This document shows positions 39,436-50,099 of a stretch of DNA of 64,000 bases, piece after piece (position 1 is the stretch's first letter; every line of letters starts with the position of its first letter). A model generated the notes under the pieces. The model was not told the origin of the DNA, ran no database searches, and worked only from the letters and a program-made list of their open reading frames with translations. Both the position numbers and the translations under genes were made by a program. Source of the DNA: an uncultured Muribaculaceae bacterium (GTDB lineage Bacteria; Bacteroidota; Bacteroidia; Bacteroidales; UBA932); contig CAZREC010000001.1 in NCBI GenBank assembly GCA_964599025.1, positions 9,820 through 73,819 of the forward strand. The letters run 5' to 3'.

Positions 39436-40662
39436 ATGAAGAAAACTATCATTGTTTTCATAGCAGCTTTTCTTATTGTTTTAAACAATAATGAAATAGT
39501 GGCATGTACTTCGGCAATCATCACCGGAAAAATCACTCCTGACGGAAGACCACTGTTGTGGAAAAACCGTGACACCGGAGAAGACAATAACAGAATACAA
39601 TATTTCAAGGGAAAGAAATTCAACTTTATTGCTCTGGTAAATAGCCCTGATTCAACAGGCGTTGTGTGGATGGGTACAAACAGTGCTGGTTTTTCAATAA
39701 TGAACACAGCATCATATAATCTTAAAGATGACGATGTTAAAGAAAGTGATCAGGAAGGAGTATTAATGTACGAGGCTTTGTCTGTATGTAAAAATCTTGC
39801 CGACTTCGAGAGTTTTCTAAAAAAACATAAAAAGCCAATGGGAGTAGAGGCAAATTTCGGTGTTATAGATGCCGAGGGAGGAGCAGCATACTACGAAACT
39901 AACAATACAACATTTGTAAAAGTAGATGCCAATGATCCAAAAATTGCCCCGGACGGATATCTTATTTACACAAACTTTTCATATACCGGCAGATATAATG
40001 AGGGTATGGGTTACATAAGATATAAGACAGCAACAGAGATAATATCCAGACAATCATCACATATGAATATTACTCCAGATTGGATATTTAACAATTTATC
40101 TCGTTCATTTTACCACTCTTTACAAGGAATTGATTTACTTAAACCCGACCAGTCACCGGAAAGATTCAGCGGCTGGGTAGTGGATCAGGATTTCATCCCC
40201 AGAAAAACCTCTACAGCATCTGTTGTAGTACATGGAGTAAAACCGGGAGAAAATCCAGAGATGACAATAATGTGGACCGTCCTTGGATATCCTCCGGCGG
40301 GAGTAGCAGTACCTCTTTGGGAAAAAGCAGGAGAAAAACAACCATCTGTACTAATGAGATCGAATGTATCCCAAAATGCAGCAGCATGTGATCAGGCCTT
40401 GAAACTTAAGTACAGGACATTCTCCTTAAAGAGAGGCAATGGTGGCAAATATATGAATTTCAACCTTATATATAATAGTAAAGGAACAGGTTTCATGCAG
40501 GAACTTAAACCGGCAGAAGAACTGATAAACCAGATGTATAAGCCCTCAATTGAAAAATGGAGAAAAGAGGGCCTGAATACAGAGGAGCTAGAAGAGCTTA
40601 ATCAGCAGTCATCAAAACTTATTGAAGCAGCTTATAAAAAACTTACAGTCAATCAATTTTAA
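39436..40662 (+). CDS. Secreted Ntn-hydrolase (C45/penicillin-V-acylase-like, N-terminal Cys)
   Basis: Signal peptide, then CTSAIITG; LLWKNRD, WMGTNSAGF, ANFGVIDA, YTNFS. Confidence 0.75.
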   Translation: MKKTIIVFIAAFLIVLNNNEIVACTSAIITGKITPDGRPLLWKNRDTGEDNNRIQYFKGKKFNFIALVNSPDSTGVVWMGTNSAGFSIMNTASYNLKDDDVKESDQEGVLMYEALSVCKNLADFESFLKKHKKPMGVEANFGVIDAEGGAAYYETNNTTFVKVDANDPKIAPDGYLIYTNFSYTGRYNEGMGYIRYKTATEIISRQSSHMNITPDWIFNNLSRSFYHSLQGIDLLKPDQSPERFSGWVVDQDFIPRKTSTASVVVHGVKPGENPEMTIMWTVLGYPPAGVAVPLWEKAGEKQPSVLMRSNVSQNAAACDQALKLKYRTFSLKRGNGGKYMNFNLIYNSKGTGFMQELKPAEELINQMYKPSIEKWRKEGLNTEELEELNQQSSKLIEAAYKKLTVNQF

Positions 40663-42844
40663 GATCCTGAAAAGCAGCAGTATTAGCATCGTTTGGTGCC
40701 GTCACCTGTATCCTTACTGACAATACGGGTTGTTTAGGATAAATGACAGCAATTCCGTTTACGAAATCATCCCCTTTTATATAATCAGTCCCATTAACAG
40801 AGTATTCTACATAACCGAAAGTAACTGGATAGAAAGAGATACTTGGAATTCCTGTCTCAACAGTTATCCTTTTAGTAATTACCGGTTGTTTGAATCTGTA
40901 TGTCAGATAGTCACCTGACTTAAGCTTTCCTGCTGTCCTTACATAGGTGTTCTGCTTGTAGTCGTAAAGATTTTCAACAGGAGAGTTTTTGTTAAAAAGA
41001 ACAGATGTTACAACTTCACACTCAGGTTTCTGATACTCATATTCTACATTTGATACTTTTGCAACCACACTTCTTAGTTCATCATGGTAAAAAGTAGCAA
41101 ATCTGAAATTAAGTGGTTTATCGGTAAATATCTCTCCTTTGTATACAGGAGAGTATGGCGTAGGATTGGATTCATCCATGGTATATCTGATGACTGCCCA
41201 CGGGAAAGGAGCCTCTGCCTTTACTGAGCCATTACTGTATGTTGCAACAGGAGGAGGAACCCTGAATGCAATACCCATCTGGTTCAACCTTTCGAAATGT
41301 TCCTTTGTGAGCCTTTTATTAAAATCCTCCCAGCTTCTTAACTCCTGTTTTGTCCAGCCCACTTCAGAAATTGCACATAAACGAGGATATGTCTGGTAAT
41401 CAATAAATTTAGCAGGTCTGGCTAATAGTTCTGTCCATAAACCACCCTGAACACCAAGAATAAGATTTGCCTCGTTTGGAGACAATTCTGTCGATGCAAG
41501 AGGATCAAGCGAGTAGCTTTTCTCTGTTGAAACAATTCCTGCCCAGTTGTGACCCCTCTCTTCCGGAGTTTGTTTCATGTCGAGATAACAGAAAGGGCCG
41601 GGCATCATGATTGTTGGCTGCCCCTTTCTTACAGATTGAATTCCTTTTGCAATGCTTCTCCAGGCATAAACACGAGTGTTTGTATTCAACGCTCCCCCTT
41701 CAAGAATTTCATCCCATCCGGCCATATGTTTACCATGCTTTTCAACAATCTTTTCCATTCTTCTCACAAAATAGTTAAGAAGTTCCACCGGTTCACGCAT
41801 TCCTCCCTTAGACATAACTTCCTGACATAAAGGACAAGAGTTCCAGGAAGCATAATTAACCTCATCTCCTCCAACGTGTATGTACTTAGAAGGAAAAAGC
41901 TTAGCTATCTCTTTAATAATGTCGTCAAGCATCTTGAAGTTGTTCTCTTTTCCCACACACCATACGTTTCTTCCTTCTCCATTAACGCTTTCACTGTTAT
42001 CGTTTGTATTACATCCTACTTCAGGATAAGAGGCAGTGACAGCCTTGCTGTGACCGGGCAGATCAATTTCCGGAATAATTTCTATATGTCTTTCCGCAGC
42101 ATAAGCTACAATCTCTTTAATCTGCTTCTGCGTGTAAAATCCTCCATATCTTTTGTTTCCGGAACCATAGGAAGGAGCAAGCACCTCGTCGGGACCCCTC
42201 CATGCACCCTTGCGTGTTAGTTCCGGATATTTTTTTATCTCAACCCTCCAACCATTATCATCGGCAAGATGCCAGTGAAATGTGTTAATCTTATGATAAG
42301 ACATCCAGTCTATATAATTTTTTACAGTTTCTGCATTAAAAAACGTTCTTGATACATCCAGCATCATACCTCGGTAACTAAAGCGAGGAAAATCTTCTAC
42401 TGTAAGCACGGGAACGCGCCACTCCTCAAAACCGTTTGTCCTTCCTGAATATATGGCAGGAGGTAAAAGCTGCAGTAACGATTGTATTCCATAAAAAATA
42501 CCAGAACTACTTGATGCCTGAACAGTTATTCCCGAGGTTGTTATAATAAGTATATAACCCTCATTTACAATATTGTAATCTTTAGAATAATCCAGACTGA
42601 TACAATTGGCAGAAGGTATGCTCTCCGATATTTCAAAAGGAAAACCGGTAGCTTTAATGAGCTTTTTTCTAAGGTATTCCAGATTATAAGAGCCTTTTTC
42701 ATTAGAAAAAACAACACAGTTTTCATCAAAATTAAAGAAGCCCTCCCCCATTTCCACTTTATATGGCTTTGGAATTATACTGGTTTGCGCACCCAGAGAA
42801 ATTGACAGAAAAACAATTGTACAGATTATAATTATTCTTTTCAT
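40649..42844 (-). CDS. Beta-N-acetylhexosaminidase (GH20)
   Basis: PRFSYRGMMLDVSR, HWHLADDNGWR, IPEIDLPGH, HVGGDEV, QGGLWTE, YPRLCAISE. Confidence 0.95.
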   Translation of the reverse strand: MKRIIIICTIVFLSISLGAQTSIIPKPYKVEMGEGFFNFDENCVVFSNEKGSYNLEYLRKKLIKATGFPFEISESIPSANCISLDYSKDYNIVNEGYILIITTSGITVQASSSSGIFYGIQSLLQLLPPAIYSGRTNGFEEWRVPVLTVEDFPRFSYRGMMLDVSRTFFNAETVKNYIDWMSYHKINTFHWHLADDNGWRVEIKKYPELTRKGAWRGPDEVLAPSYGSGNKRYGGFYTQKQIKEIVAYAAERHIEIIPEIDLPGHSKAVTASYPEVGCNTNDNSESVNGEGRNVWCVGKENNFKMLDDIIKEIAKLFPSKYIHVGGDEVNYASWNSCPLCQEVMSKGGMREPVELLNYFVRRMEKIVEKHGKHMAGWDEILEGGALNTNTRVYAWRSIAKGIQSVRKGQPTIMMPGPFCYLDMKQTPEERGHNWAGIVSTEKSYSLDPLASTELSPNEANLILGVQGGLWTELLARPAKFIDYQTYPRLCAISEVGWTKQELRSWEDFNKRLTKEHFERLNQMGIAFRVPPPVATYSNGSVKAEAPFPWAVIRYTMDESNPTPYSPVYKGEIFTDKPLNFRFATFYHDELRSVVAKVSNVEYEYQKPECEVVTSVLFNKNSPVENLYDYKQNTYVRTAGKLKSGDYLTYRFKQPVITKRITVETGIPSISFYPVTFGYVEYSVNGTDYIKGDDFVNGIAVIYPKQPVLSVRIQVTAPNDANTAAFQDLKID

Positions 42845-42861
42845 ATGTTAGTAGTTTATTA

Positions 42862-43374
42862 TTAGTATTTTAAATTTCCGTGATATACAATATGATCCCT
42901 CCCTTGGGGAGCAATGGCTATCACAGAGCTTCCGTTAGAATAGATTTCAATGTTAAAAACAAAAAGTTCAAGGTTTTTTTGTGATTTTGTCTCAAAAACT
43001 ATCTGATAGACACCCTTTTTACCAAATGCTTTAGAGGGTTTGATTACTTGATTTTCAAACTCAATACTCATACCCGAAGTATCAAAAACAGAACTTTTAA
43101 ACTGACCGATGTAAGGGAGGTGACAATTTAAAGTATCATTTGAAATTTGAAGAGCATAACCGTCAAGAGAACTTCTTGCAGGAGAAGTTGCAGGCATAAT
43201 ACGGTCAATAACAATCTTAATGCAGTTACTCTCAATTATCTCTTTAACCTTGGCCTCGATAAGAGCCTCCTTTGCCGCCCTTTTTTCTGCTCTTGTAAGA
43301 GCTTTTGTCTGTGCACAACATGTTGAAAAAGAGATAAGAAACGAGGTCAGAATAAGAAATGCAATCTTTTTCAT
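42862..43374 (-). CDS. DUF4251-like secreted protein
   Basis: Signal peptide, HLPYIG, C-terminal IVYHG. Confidence 0.7.
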   Translation of the reverse strand: MKKIAFLILTSFLISFSTCCAQTKALTRAEKRAAKEALIEAKVKEIIESNCIKIVIDRIMPATSPARSSLDGYALQISNDTLNCHLPYIGQFKSSVFDTSGMSIEFENQVIKPSKAFGKKGVYQIVFETKSQKNLELFVFNIEIYSNGSSVIAIAPQGRDHIVYHGNLKY

Positions 43375-43475
43375 AACGAAGTTTTTAAGTAATCCATAAA
43401 GATACAAAAAATGAGATATTATTGGTATTCTTCTCTAAATTGCATAGTTTTGTGCTCTTTTTAAAACACAAAATA

Positions 43476-45422
43476 ATGTCCGAAAAGCTAATTTCAAAAA
43501 TCCCTGAAGGACCCTTGTCCTCCAAGTGGACAGAGCATAAAGCTCATATTCGAGTTGTAAGTCCCGGAAATAAACGTAAGTTAGATATTATAGTTATTGG
43601 TACGGGTTTAGGTGGGGCATCAGCTGCCGCATCACTGGGGGAACTTGGCTACAATGTAAAAGTTTTTTGTATAAGCGACTCTCCAAGACGGGCCCATTCA
43701 ATAGCTGCTCAGGGAGGAATAAACGCGGCGAAGAATTATCCTAACGATAACGATTCAATTTACAGGCTTTTTTATGATACTATAAAAGGAGGAGACTACA
43801 GAAGCAGAGAGGCAAATGTCTACCGTCTTGCAGAGGTAAGTAACTTGATAATTGATCAATGTGTTGCACAAGGAGTTCCTTTTGCAAGGGAGTATGGCGG
43901 ACTACTGGATAATCGCTCTTTTGGTGGCGCCCAGGTAAGCAGAACATTTTATGCCAGGGGTCAGACAGGACAGCAACTTCTTTTAGGTGCATATGCAGCA
44001 CTTAACCGTCAGATCCATCTTGGCAGTGTTAAATCATACACTCGCCATGAGATGCTTGACCTTGTACTGATAAATGGAGAAGCAAAAGGTATAATTGCCA
44101 GAAATCTGGTAACAGGAGAGATAGAAAGACATGGAGCTCATGCAGTTGTTATAGCAACAGGGGGTTACGGAAATGTTTTCTTCCTGTCCACTAATGCAAT
44201 GAACAGTAATGGTTCTGCAGCATGGCAATGCTATAAAAAGGGAGCTTTCTTCGGAAATCCATGTTTTGCTCAGATTCACCCTACATGTATACCTGTACAT
44301 GGTGAACAGCAGTCAAAGCTGACCCTTATGAGTGAATCACTCAGGAATGATGGAAGAATTTGGGTTCCAAAGAAAAAAGAGGACGTAGAAAAGATAAGGG
44401 CCAAAAAAATTATGGCCTCGCAGATACCGGAAGAGGACAGAGATTACTATCTAGAGCGTCGTTATCCGGCCTTCGGTAACCTGGTACCTAGAGACGTAGC
44501 ATCAAGGGCAGCAAAGGAGAGGTGCGATGCAGGTTTTGGTGTAAACGAAACAGGACTCGCTGTTTTTCTTGATTTTAAAACCTCAATAGAAAGGCTTGGC
44601 AAGCATGTTATTGCAGAGAGATACGGCAACCTTTTCCAGATGTATGAGAAAATAACAGACGTAGATCCATATAAAGAACCTATGATGATATATCCAGCAA
44701 TCCACTATACCATGGGAGGAATCTGGGTAGACTATAACCTTCAGACAACAATACCGGGGTTATTTGCAATAGGAGAAGCAAACTTCAGCGATCACGGAGG
44801 AAACCGCCTGGGAGCATCGGCACTTATGCAGGGCCTGGCTGATGGTTACTTTATACTGCCATACACAATTGGTGATTTTCTTGCCGGCAAGATACAGGCT
44901 CCAAAAACAGATATAAACCATCCGGCTTTTGCAGAAGCAGAAAAAGCAGTAAATGAGAAAATTGCAAGGCTCTTTGCTATCAAGGGAAAAGAACCGGTAG
45001 ATTATTTCCATAAGAAACTTGGTCACATAATGTGGGACTATGTTGGCATGGCCAGAAACGAGAAAGGGCTTGAAAAAGCAATCAAAGAGATAAGGGAACT
45101 GAGAGAAGAGTTCTGGAAAAATGTATATGTACCTGGAGAAAAGAATGAGTTTAACCAGGAGGTTGAGAAGGCAATCAGAGTAGCTGACTTTATAGAGATG
45201 GGAGAACTTATGGCAATGGATGCACTTCTTCGCAGGGAATCCTGTGGCGGACACTTCCGTGAAGAGATGCAAACAGAAGATGGAGAGACTCTTCGTGATG
45301 ATGAAAATTACATGTATGTGAGTACATGGGAGTACACAGGAGAGGGTAAGGAACCTATAAAGCACAAGGAGCCACTCAAATACGAGAATATTAAAATCGC
45401 CACAAGAAACTATAAAGATTAA
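43476..45422 (+). CDS. sdhA: Succinate dehydrogenase / fumarate reductase flavoprotein subunit
   Basis: [60 protein letters not shown]. Confidence 0.96.
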   Translation: MSEKLISKIPEGPLSSKWTEHKAHIRVVSPGNKRKLDIIVIGTGLGGASAAASLGELGYNVKVFCISDSPRRAHSIAAQGGINAAKNYPNDNDSIYRLFYDTIKGGDYRSREANVYRLAEVSNLIIDQCVAQGVPFAREYGGLLDNRSFGGAQVSRTFYARGQTGQQLLLGAYAALNRQIHLGSVKSYTRHEMLDLVLINGEAKGIIARNLVTGEIERHGAHAVVIATGGYGNVFFLSTNAMNSNGSAAWQCYKKGAFFGNPCFAQIHPTCIPVHGEQQSKLTLMSESLRNDGRIWVPKKKEDVEKIRAKKIMASQIPEEDRDYYLERRYPAFGNLVPRDVASRAAKERCDAGFGVNETGLAVFLDFKTSIERLGKHVIAERYGNLFQMYEKITDVDPYKEPMMIYPAIHYTMGGIWVDYNLQTTIPGLFAIGEANFSDHGGNRLGASALMQGLADGYFILPYTIGDFLAGKIQAPKTDINHPAFAEAEKAVNEKIARLFAIKGKEPVDYFHKKLGHIMWDYVGMARNEKGLEKAIKEIRELREEFWKNVYVPGEKNEFNQEVEKAIRVADFIEMGELMAMDALLRRESCGGHFREEMQTEDGETLRDDENYMYVSTWEYTGEGKEPIKHKEPLKYENIKIATRNYKD

Positions 45423-45436
45423 GGAGCATTTTCATT

Positions 45437-46216
45437 ATGGACTTAACATTAAAAGTATGGCGCCAGAAAAGCGCAAAAGAGAAGGGATGTTTCGAAACAT
45501 ATAAAGTTAGCAATATCTCACCGGACTCATCGTTTCTTGAGATGATGGATATTCTTAATGAACAGCTTATAAGGGAGGGGAACGACCCCGTAGCTGTAAA
45601 CAAAGGGTGTAAAGGCAGCGGACCTGTAGCATTTGACCATGACTGTCGTGAGGGAATATGCGGAATGTGCTCCCTATACATAAACGGACGACCTCATGGC
45701 CCGGATAATGAAGTTACAACCTGTCAGTTGCATATGAGAAAATTCAAAGACGGTGACACTATTACAATTGAACCATGGCGTTCGGCAGGAATGCCGGTCA
45801 TAAAGGACCTTGTTGTTAACAGAGGAGCGCTGGATCTTATCTTACAGGCAGGAGGTTATATATCAGTCAATACAGGAGGAGTTCCGGATGCTAACTCAAT
45901 TCCTATCCCGAGAGACAATGCGGAAGAGAGCATGGATGCGGCAGCCTGTGTAGGATGCGGTGCATGTATAGCAACATGTAAGAACGGATCGGCAATGTTA
46001 TTTGTATCAGCAAGAGTAAGCTCGCTGGCACTGTTGCCTCAGGGTAAGATAGAAGGAGCCCGCAGAGCGAAGGCAATGGTAGCAAAAATGGACGAACTAG
46101 GCTTTGGAGCCTGTACAAACACACGTGCATGTGAAATGGAATGCCCTAAGAATATTTCAGTTGCACATATTGCAAGAATGAACAGGGAGTTTCTTCTTGC
46201 AAAACTAAAAGACTAA
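45437..46216 (+). CDS. sdhB: Succinate dehydrogenase / fumarate reductase iron-sulfur subunit
   Basis: [36 protein letters not shown]. Confidence 0.96.
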   Translation: MDLTLKVWRQKSAKEKGCFETYKVSNISPDSSFLEMMDILNEQLIREGNDPVAVNKGCKGSGPVAFDHDCREGICGMCSLYINGRPHGPDNEVTTCQLHMRKFKDGDTITIEPWRSAGMPVIKDLVVNRGALDLILQAGGYISVNTGGVPDANSIPIPRDNAEESMDAAACVGCGACIATCKNGSAMLFVSARVSSLALLPQGKIEGARRAKAMVAKMDELGFGACTNTRACEMECPKNISVAHIARMNREFLLAKLKD

Positions 46217-46236
46217 TTATTAGTATAATAAAAGAG

Positions 46237-46273
46237 AAGAGACCGGTAGAATACAAATTCTAACCGGTCTCTT
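46237..46273. terminator. Hairpin between convergent sdhB and lipoprotein gene
   Basis: AAGAGACCGGT/ACCGGTCTCTT enclosing AGAAT/ATTCT. Confidence 0.6.
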
Positions 46274-46295
46274 GATATAATTAAGTAAAATGCTG

Positions 46296-46826
46296 CTATA
46301 TTTTGGCTCTGACATAGACGCCTACTCCGTCAAACCCCTCGATAAGCTTTGAGAACGTCTCCTGAGAGTCATCCTGTGGCGTAAGAATGGAATTCAGAAT
46401 GCCCAGCATATATGTCTTGTCATAATAAATTTCCAGCTTCTGATTGTTTGAAGCACCGGTAAGACCATTCGGGTAAATGGAATTTTTAATGCTTACATAG
46501 ATCTCAAATTGTTCAAATGTTCCCGTTACAGTTGGTGTCGAAGAATTCTTATATACAAAGTTTACAGTGTTAGGAGCTACGAATTGGATAATTTCGGGCT
46601 TTTTTATCTCTTTTAATATCTTTTCTTTGTTATCTTTAAGAAATTGAATTGCTCTCGGATTTTCGGAAGCAAATGTTGGATTGTAAAAAATCTGTAAGAA
46701 GGTAGAGACAGAATCTAACTGCCACGAGCCGGTAAGAACAATAGGATCAGGCTCTTTATTGCAACCGGAAATGGAAATAGCCATGATTGCAAAAGCAGCA
46801 ATAGACAGGAATTTTGTTAATTTCAT
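46296..46826 (-). CDS. Hypothetical lipoprotein (lipocalin-like)
   Basis: Lipobox ISG-C, then LTGSWQL. Confidence 0.7.
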   Translation of the reverse strand: MKLTKFLSIAAFAIMAISISGCNKEPDPIVLTGSWQLDSVSTFLQIFYNPTFASENPRAIQFLKDNKEKILKEIKKPEIIQFVAPNTVNFVYKNSSTPTVTGTFEQFEIYVSIKNSIYPNGLTGASNNQKLEIYYDKTYMLGILNSILTPQDDSQETFSKLIEGFDGVGVYVRAKI

Positions 46827-46927
46827 TTTAAATAGTTTTGTCAATTAATAAATTTCAGGTCTGGGTTAGTACACAAAAATATAAAAATAACTCCAATTAC
46901 TATTAAATTTGTAAAAATATAAAACAA

Positions 46928-47728
46928 ATGGAATTTTTTGCAACCTGTAAAGGGATCCCTATCCATATTTCTGACAGTAAGAAAGGAGATACAACCGTCC
47001 TGCTTCTGCATGGATACCTGGAGACACTCTATGTATGGGACGACTTCATTGCCAAGCTCTTGCCTAAACTAAGGATTATCTCAATTGACCTGCCGGGACA
47101 CGGTCTTTCAGGATCACATAAAATAAACAACAGTATTGAGTTTTCTGCAGAAATTGCAAAGGAAGTATTGGATATCTGTAAGGTAGAAAAAGTATGCATT
47201 ATAGGACACTCAATGGGGGGCTATATTGCAATAGAGGCCGTAAAGAGATATCCGGAAATATTTACATCACTAATACTAATGCACTCGGGCCCACATGCCG
47301 ACTCAGAAGAGAAAAAGGTAGACAGAAAGAGAGAGATTGCGTTAATAAACAAATCCAAGCTCCAGGCAATCGCAAAGATGGGAATCCCTAAAATGTTTGC
47401 CCCTGAGAATCTTAGAAGAATGGATGAAAAGATATACGAAATAATAGAACTTACAGAGACACACGACCCGGAGGGAGTAGTTGCTACGCTTGAAGGTTTA
47501 ATGTCAAGAGAAGATAATATTGAATTTTTAAGAAATTACTCATCTCCGTTTCTTTTGGTTCTGGGGAAGCATGACTACCATATACCGGAGGACAAGGCAA
47601 ATTTATTGATTAATGAACTACCTAATGCAGAAAAACTAATTCTGGAGCACTCAGGACATAATGGTTTTCTGGAAGAAACTGAGATTGTTCAGAAAAAAGT
47701 CCTTGAATTTTTAAATCTGGAAATATGA
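46928..47728 (+). CDS. Alpha/beta hydrolase
   Basis: LLHGY, DLPGHG, GHSMGG, GKHD, SGH. Confidence 0.92.
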   Translation: MEFFATCKGIPIHISDSKKGDTTVLLLHGYLETLYVWDDFIAKLLPKLRIISIDLPGHGLSGSHKINNSIEFSAEIAKEVLDICKVEKVCIIGHSMGGYIAIEAVKRYPEIFTSLILMHSGPHADSEEKKVDRKREIALINKSKLQAIAKMGIPKMFAPENLRRMDEKIYEIIELTETHDPEGVVATLEGLMSREDNIEFLRNYSSPFLLVLGKHDYHIPEDKANLLINELPNAEKLILEHSGHNGFLEETEIVQKKVLEFLNLEI

Positions 47729-48852
47729 AAAAACTTCTATTTTTAGCAATACTCTCATTTTCTGTACAACTTACAGCGCAGGAAAGAGTAAGGGATTACG
47801 GTGTTGAGATAGGTGTGTTCAAAACAGGAAAGAACAATGCAATAACAGATGTAAAAGGGGTTAGGGTAGGGCAGGTTACACTCATTGAAGGAGACGACAT
47901 TAGGACGGGCGTTACAGCAATTATTCCTCATGAAGGTAACATTTTCAGAAAAAAGGTTCCTGCGGCAATTTATATAGGAAACGGATTCGGAAAACTGGCC
48001 GGATATACTCAGGTAAAAGAGCTGGGTAACATAGAAACGCCGGTTATCCTCACAAACACTCTCAGCATTGCTGCCGGACTTGATGCCTTGATTACCTATA
48101 CTCTTTTACAGGAAGGAAATTCCGGTATAGGATCTGTCAATGGCATAGTGGGCGAAACAAACGATGGCGGATTAAACAATATAAGGGCACGTTTCATTAA
48201 GCCGGAGCACATACTTAAAGCGATTTCTGAAGCAAAGGATGGCAGAGTAGAAGAGGGGGGAGTCGGTGCAGGAACAGGTACAATATGTTTTGGCTTCAAG
48301 GGGGGTATTGGTACCTCTTCAAGAGTTCTTCCTGAATCACTGGGAGGTTATACTGTGGGAGTACTTGTCCAATCTAACTACGGAGGTGTTCTTGAAGTTG
48401 CAGGAGTGCAGGCCGGCAGGTTATTAGGAAAGTTCGACTATAAAAATGATATTTCAGGAAATGCAGACGGTTCATGCATGATGGTTGTAATAACAGATGC
48501 ACCAATTACCTCCCGGAATCTGGAGAGACTCGCAAAAAGAGCAATTATGGGACTGGCTAAAACCGGCGGAATAGCATCAAACGGCAGCGGTGACTATGTT
48601 ATTGCACTATCAGTAGCAAAAGAAAATCTGATTGATGAAAAATCTGACTACTATACCCCAAAAGAGCTTCATAATGAGTCACTCTCTCCGCTTTTCCTTG
48701 CTACCATAGAAGCAACTGAAGAAGCCCTGCTCAACTCTCTGTTTGTAGCAAAAACAATGAAAGGATACAAGGGCAGAGTCGTAGAGGAGTTGCCGATTAA
48801 TAGAATTATAGGGGCATTAATGAGAAATCAGAAAGCTAAAGCAGACCAATAG
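47725..48852 (+). CDS. DmpA / peptidase S58 family aminopeptidase
   Basis: NAITDVKGVRVG, NGFGK, GVGAGTG, FKGGIGTSSR, NGSGD. Confidence 0.92.
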   Translation: MKKLLFLAILSFSVQLTAQERVRDYGVEIGVFKTGKNNAITDVKGVRVGQVTLIEGDDIRTGVTAIIPHEGNIFRKKVPAAIYIGNGFGKLAGYTQVKELGNIETPVILTNTLSIAAGLDALITYTLLQEGNSGIGSVNGIVGETNDGGLNNIRARFIKPEHILKAISEAKDGRVEEGGVGAGTGTICFGFKGGIGTSSRVLPESLGGYTVGVLVQSNYGGVLEVAGVQAGRLLGKFDYKNDISGNADGSCMMVVITDAPITSRNLERLAKRAIMGLAKTGGIASNGSGDYVIALSVAKENLIDEKSDYYTPKELHNESLSPLFLATIEATEEALLNSLFVAKTMKGYKGRVVEELPINRIIGALMRNQKAKADQ

Positions 48853-48857
48853 ATATT

Positions 48858-50021
48858 TTACCAGAGAAATGTATCAAATGGATATCTTCCGGCATGAATT
48901 TCGGCTACCATTTTATACAGATCGTTCCTGAGCTTGTCAATCTGAATCTTCTCTTTAGCAGATATAAATATACACGGATCATTCTCTTTTCCCATCCATG
49001 AGTTCTTAAGCTCATTTAAACTGTAATTTTCGCGCTTTTTAGGCCCTAAGTCATACTCGTCCTGTGGAACATACTTAAAAAGGTCAACCTTGTTAAAAAC
49101 AAGAAAAAGAGGCTTTTCTTTGGCTCCTATCTCAGTAAGAGTTTCGTGAACAACTTTTATCTGTTCCTCAAAATTAGGATGAGAAATATCCACAACATGC
49201 ATCAGAATATCAGCCTCACGAACTTCATCAAGAGTACTTTTAAAAGATTCAACAAGCTGATGAGGAAGTTTTCTTATAAAACCGACAGTGTCACTAAGAA
49301 GAAAAGGAACATTTTCAATCACGACCTTTCTGACAGTTGTATCAAGAGTGGCAAAAAGTTTGTTTTCTGCAAAAACGTCACTTTTTGCAAGAAGATTCAT
49401 AAGAGTGCTTTTTCCGACATTTGTATAGCCCACAAGAGATATCCTTACCATATTCCCTCTGTTACCTCTCTGAGCAGACATCTGACGGTCAATTTTTTTA
49501 AGTTGTTCCTTTAAACGGCTGATTTTATCAAGGATAATCCGTCTGTCAGTCTCAATCTGACTCTCGCCAGGACCTCTCATTCCAATACCTCCACGTTGAC
49601 GCTCAAGGTGTGTCCACATACCTGTCAATCGAGGTAGAAGATATTGATACTGTGCTAGTTCAACCTGAGTTTTGGCATAAGCAGTCTTGGCTCTTTGAGC
49701 GAATATATCTAGTATGAGATTTGTTCTGTCAAGTATTCTACATTCAAGATCTTTCTCAATATTTCTAAGCTGTGAAGGAGTAAGCTCATCATCAAAAATA
49801 ACGAGATCTACTTCATTTTCTTTAATATAGGCCTTAATCTCTTCCAGTTTTCCAGTACCGATATAAGTCTTTGGATTAGGCTTGTCAAGCTTCTGAATAA
49901 ACCTCTTTTCGCCAAAAGCTCCAGCGGTTTCAGCCAGAAATTCAAGTTCATCCAGATACTCCTTAACCTTTTGTTCATCATCATTTTGCCGGATAACTCC
50001 TACAAAAACGGTTTTTTCCAT
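48858..50021 (-). CDS. hflX: GTPase HflX
   Basis: GMRGPGESQIETDRR, GYTNVGKST, LFATLDTT, DTVGFI, NKVD. Confidence 0.97.
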   Translation of the reverse strand: MEKTVFVGVIRQNDDEQKVKEYLDELEFLAETAGAFGEKRFIQKLDKPNPKTYIGTGKLEEIKAYIKENEVDLVIFDDELTPSQLRNIEKDLECRILDRTNLILDIFAQRAKTAYAKTQVELAQYQYLLPRLTGMWTHLERQRGGIGMRGPGESQIETDRRIILDKISRLKEQLKKIDRQMSAQRGNRGNMVRISLVGYTNVGKSTLMNLLAKSDVFAENKLFATLDTTVRKVVIENVPFLLSDTVGFIRKLPHQLVESFKSTLDEVREADILMHVVDISHPNFEEQIKVVHETLTEIGAKEKPLFLVFNKVDLFKYVPQDEYDLGPKKRENYSLNELKNSWMGKENDPCIFISAKEKIQIDKLRNDLYKMVAEIHAGRYPFDTFLW

Positions 50022-50048
50022 ATTTTAACTCACTCTTTTAACTACAGA

Positions 50049-50076
50049 AAAGGCTGCTTCGAATGAGGCAGCCTTT
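50049..50076 (-). terminator. Intrinsic terminator after tonB
   Basis: AAAGGCTGCTTC-GAAT-GAGGCAGCCTTT hairpin, U-run on the minus strand. Confidence 0.65.
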
Positions 50077-50099
50077 ATCCGTTCATTTTCATTTTAGTA

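Noticed and set aside
44760..45365. Long antisense ORFs (e.g. 201 aa here, 195 aa at 17713-18300, 161 aa at 35537-36022)
   Set aside because: Shadows of well-conserved genes on the opposite strand, with no motifs or start signals.
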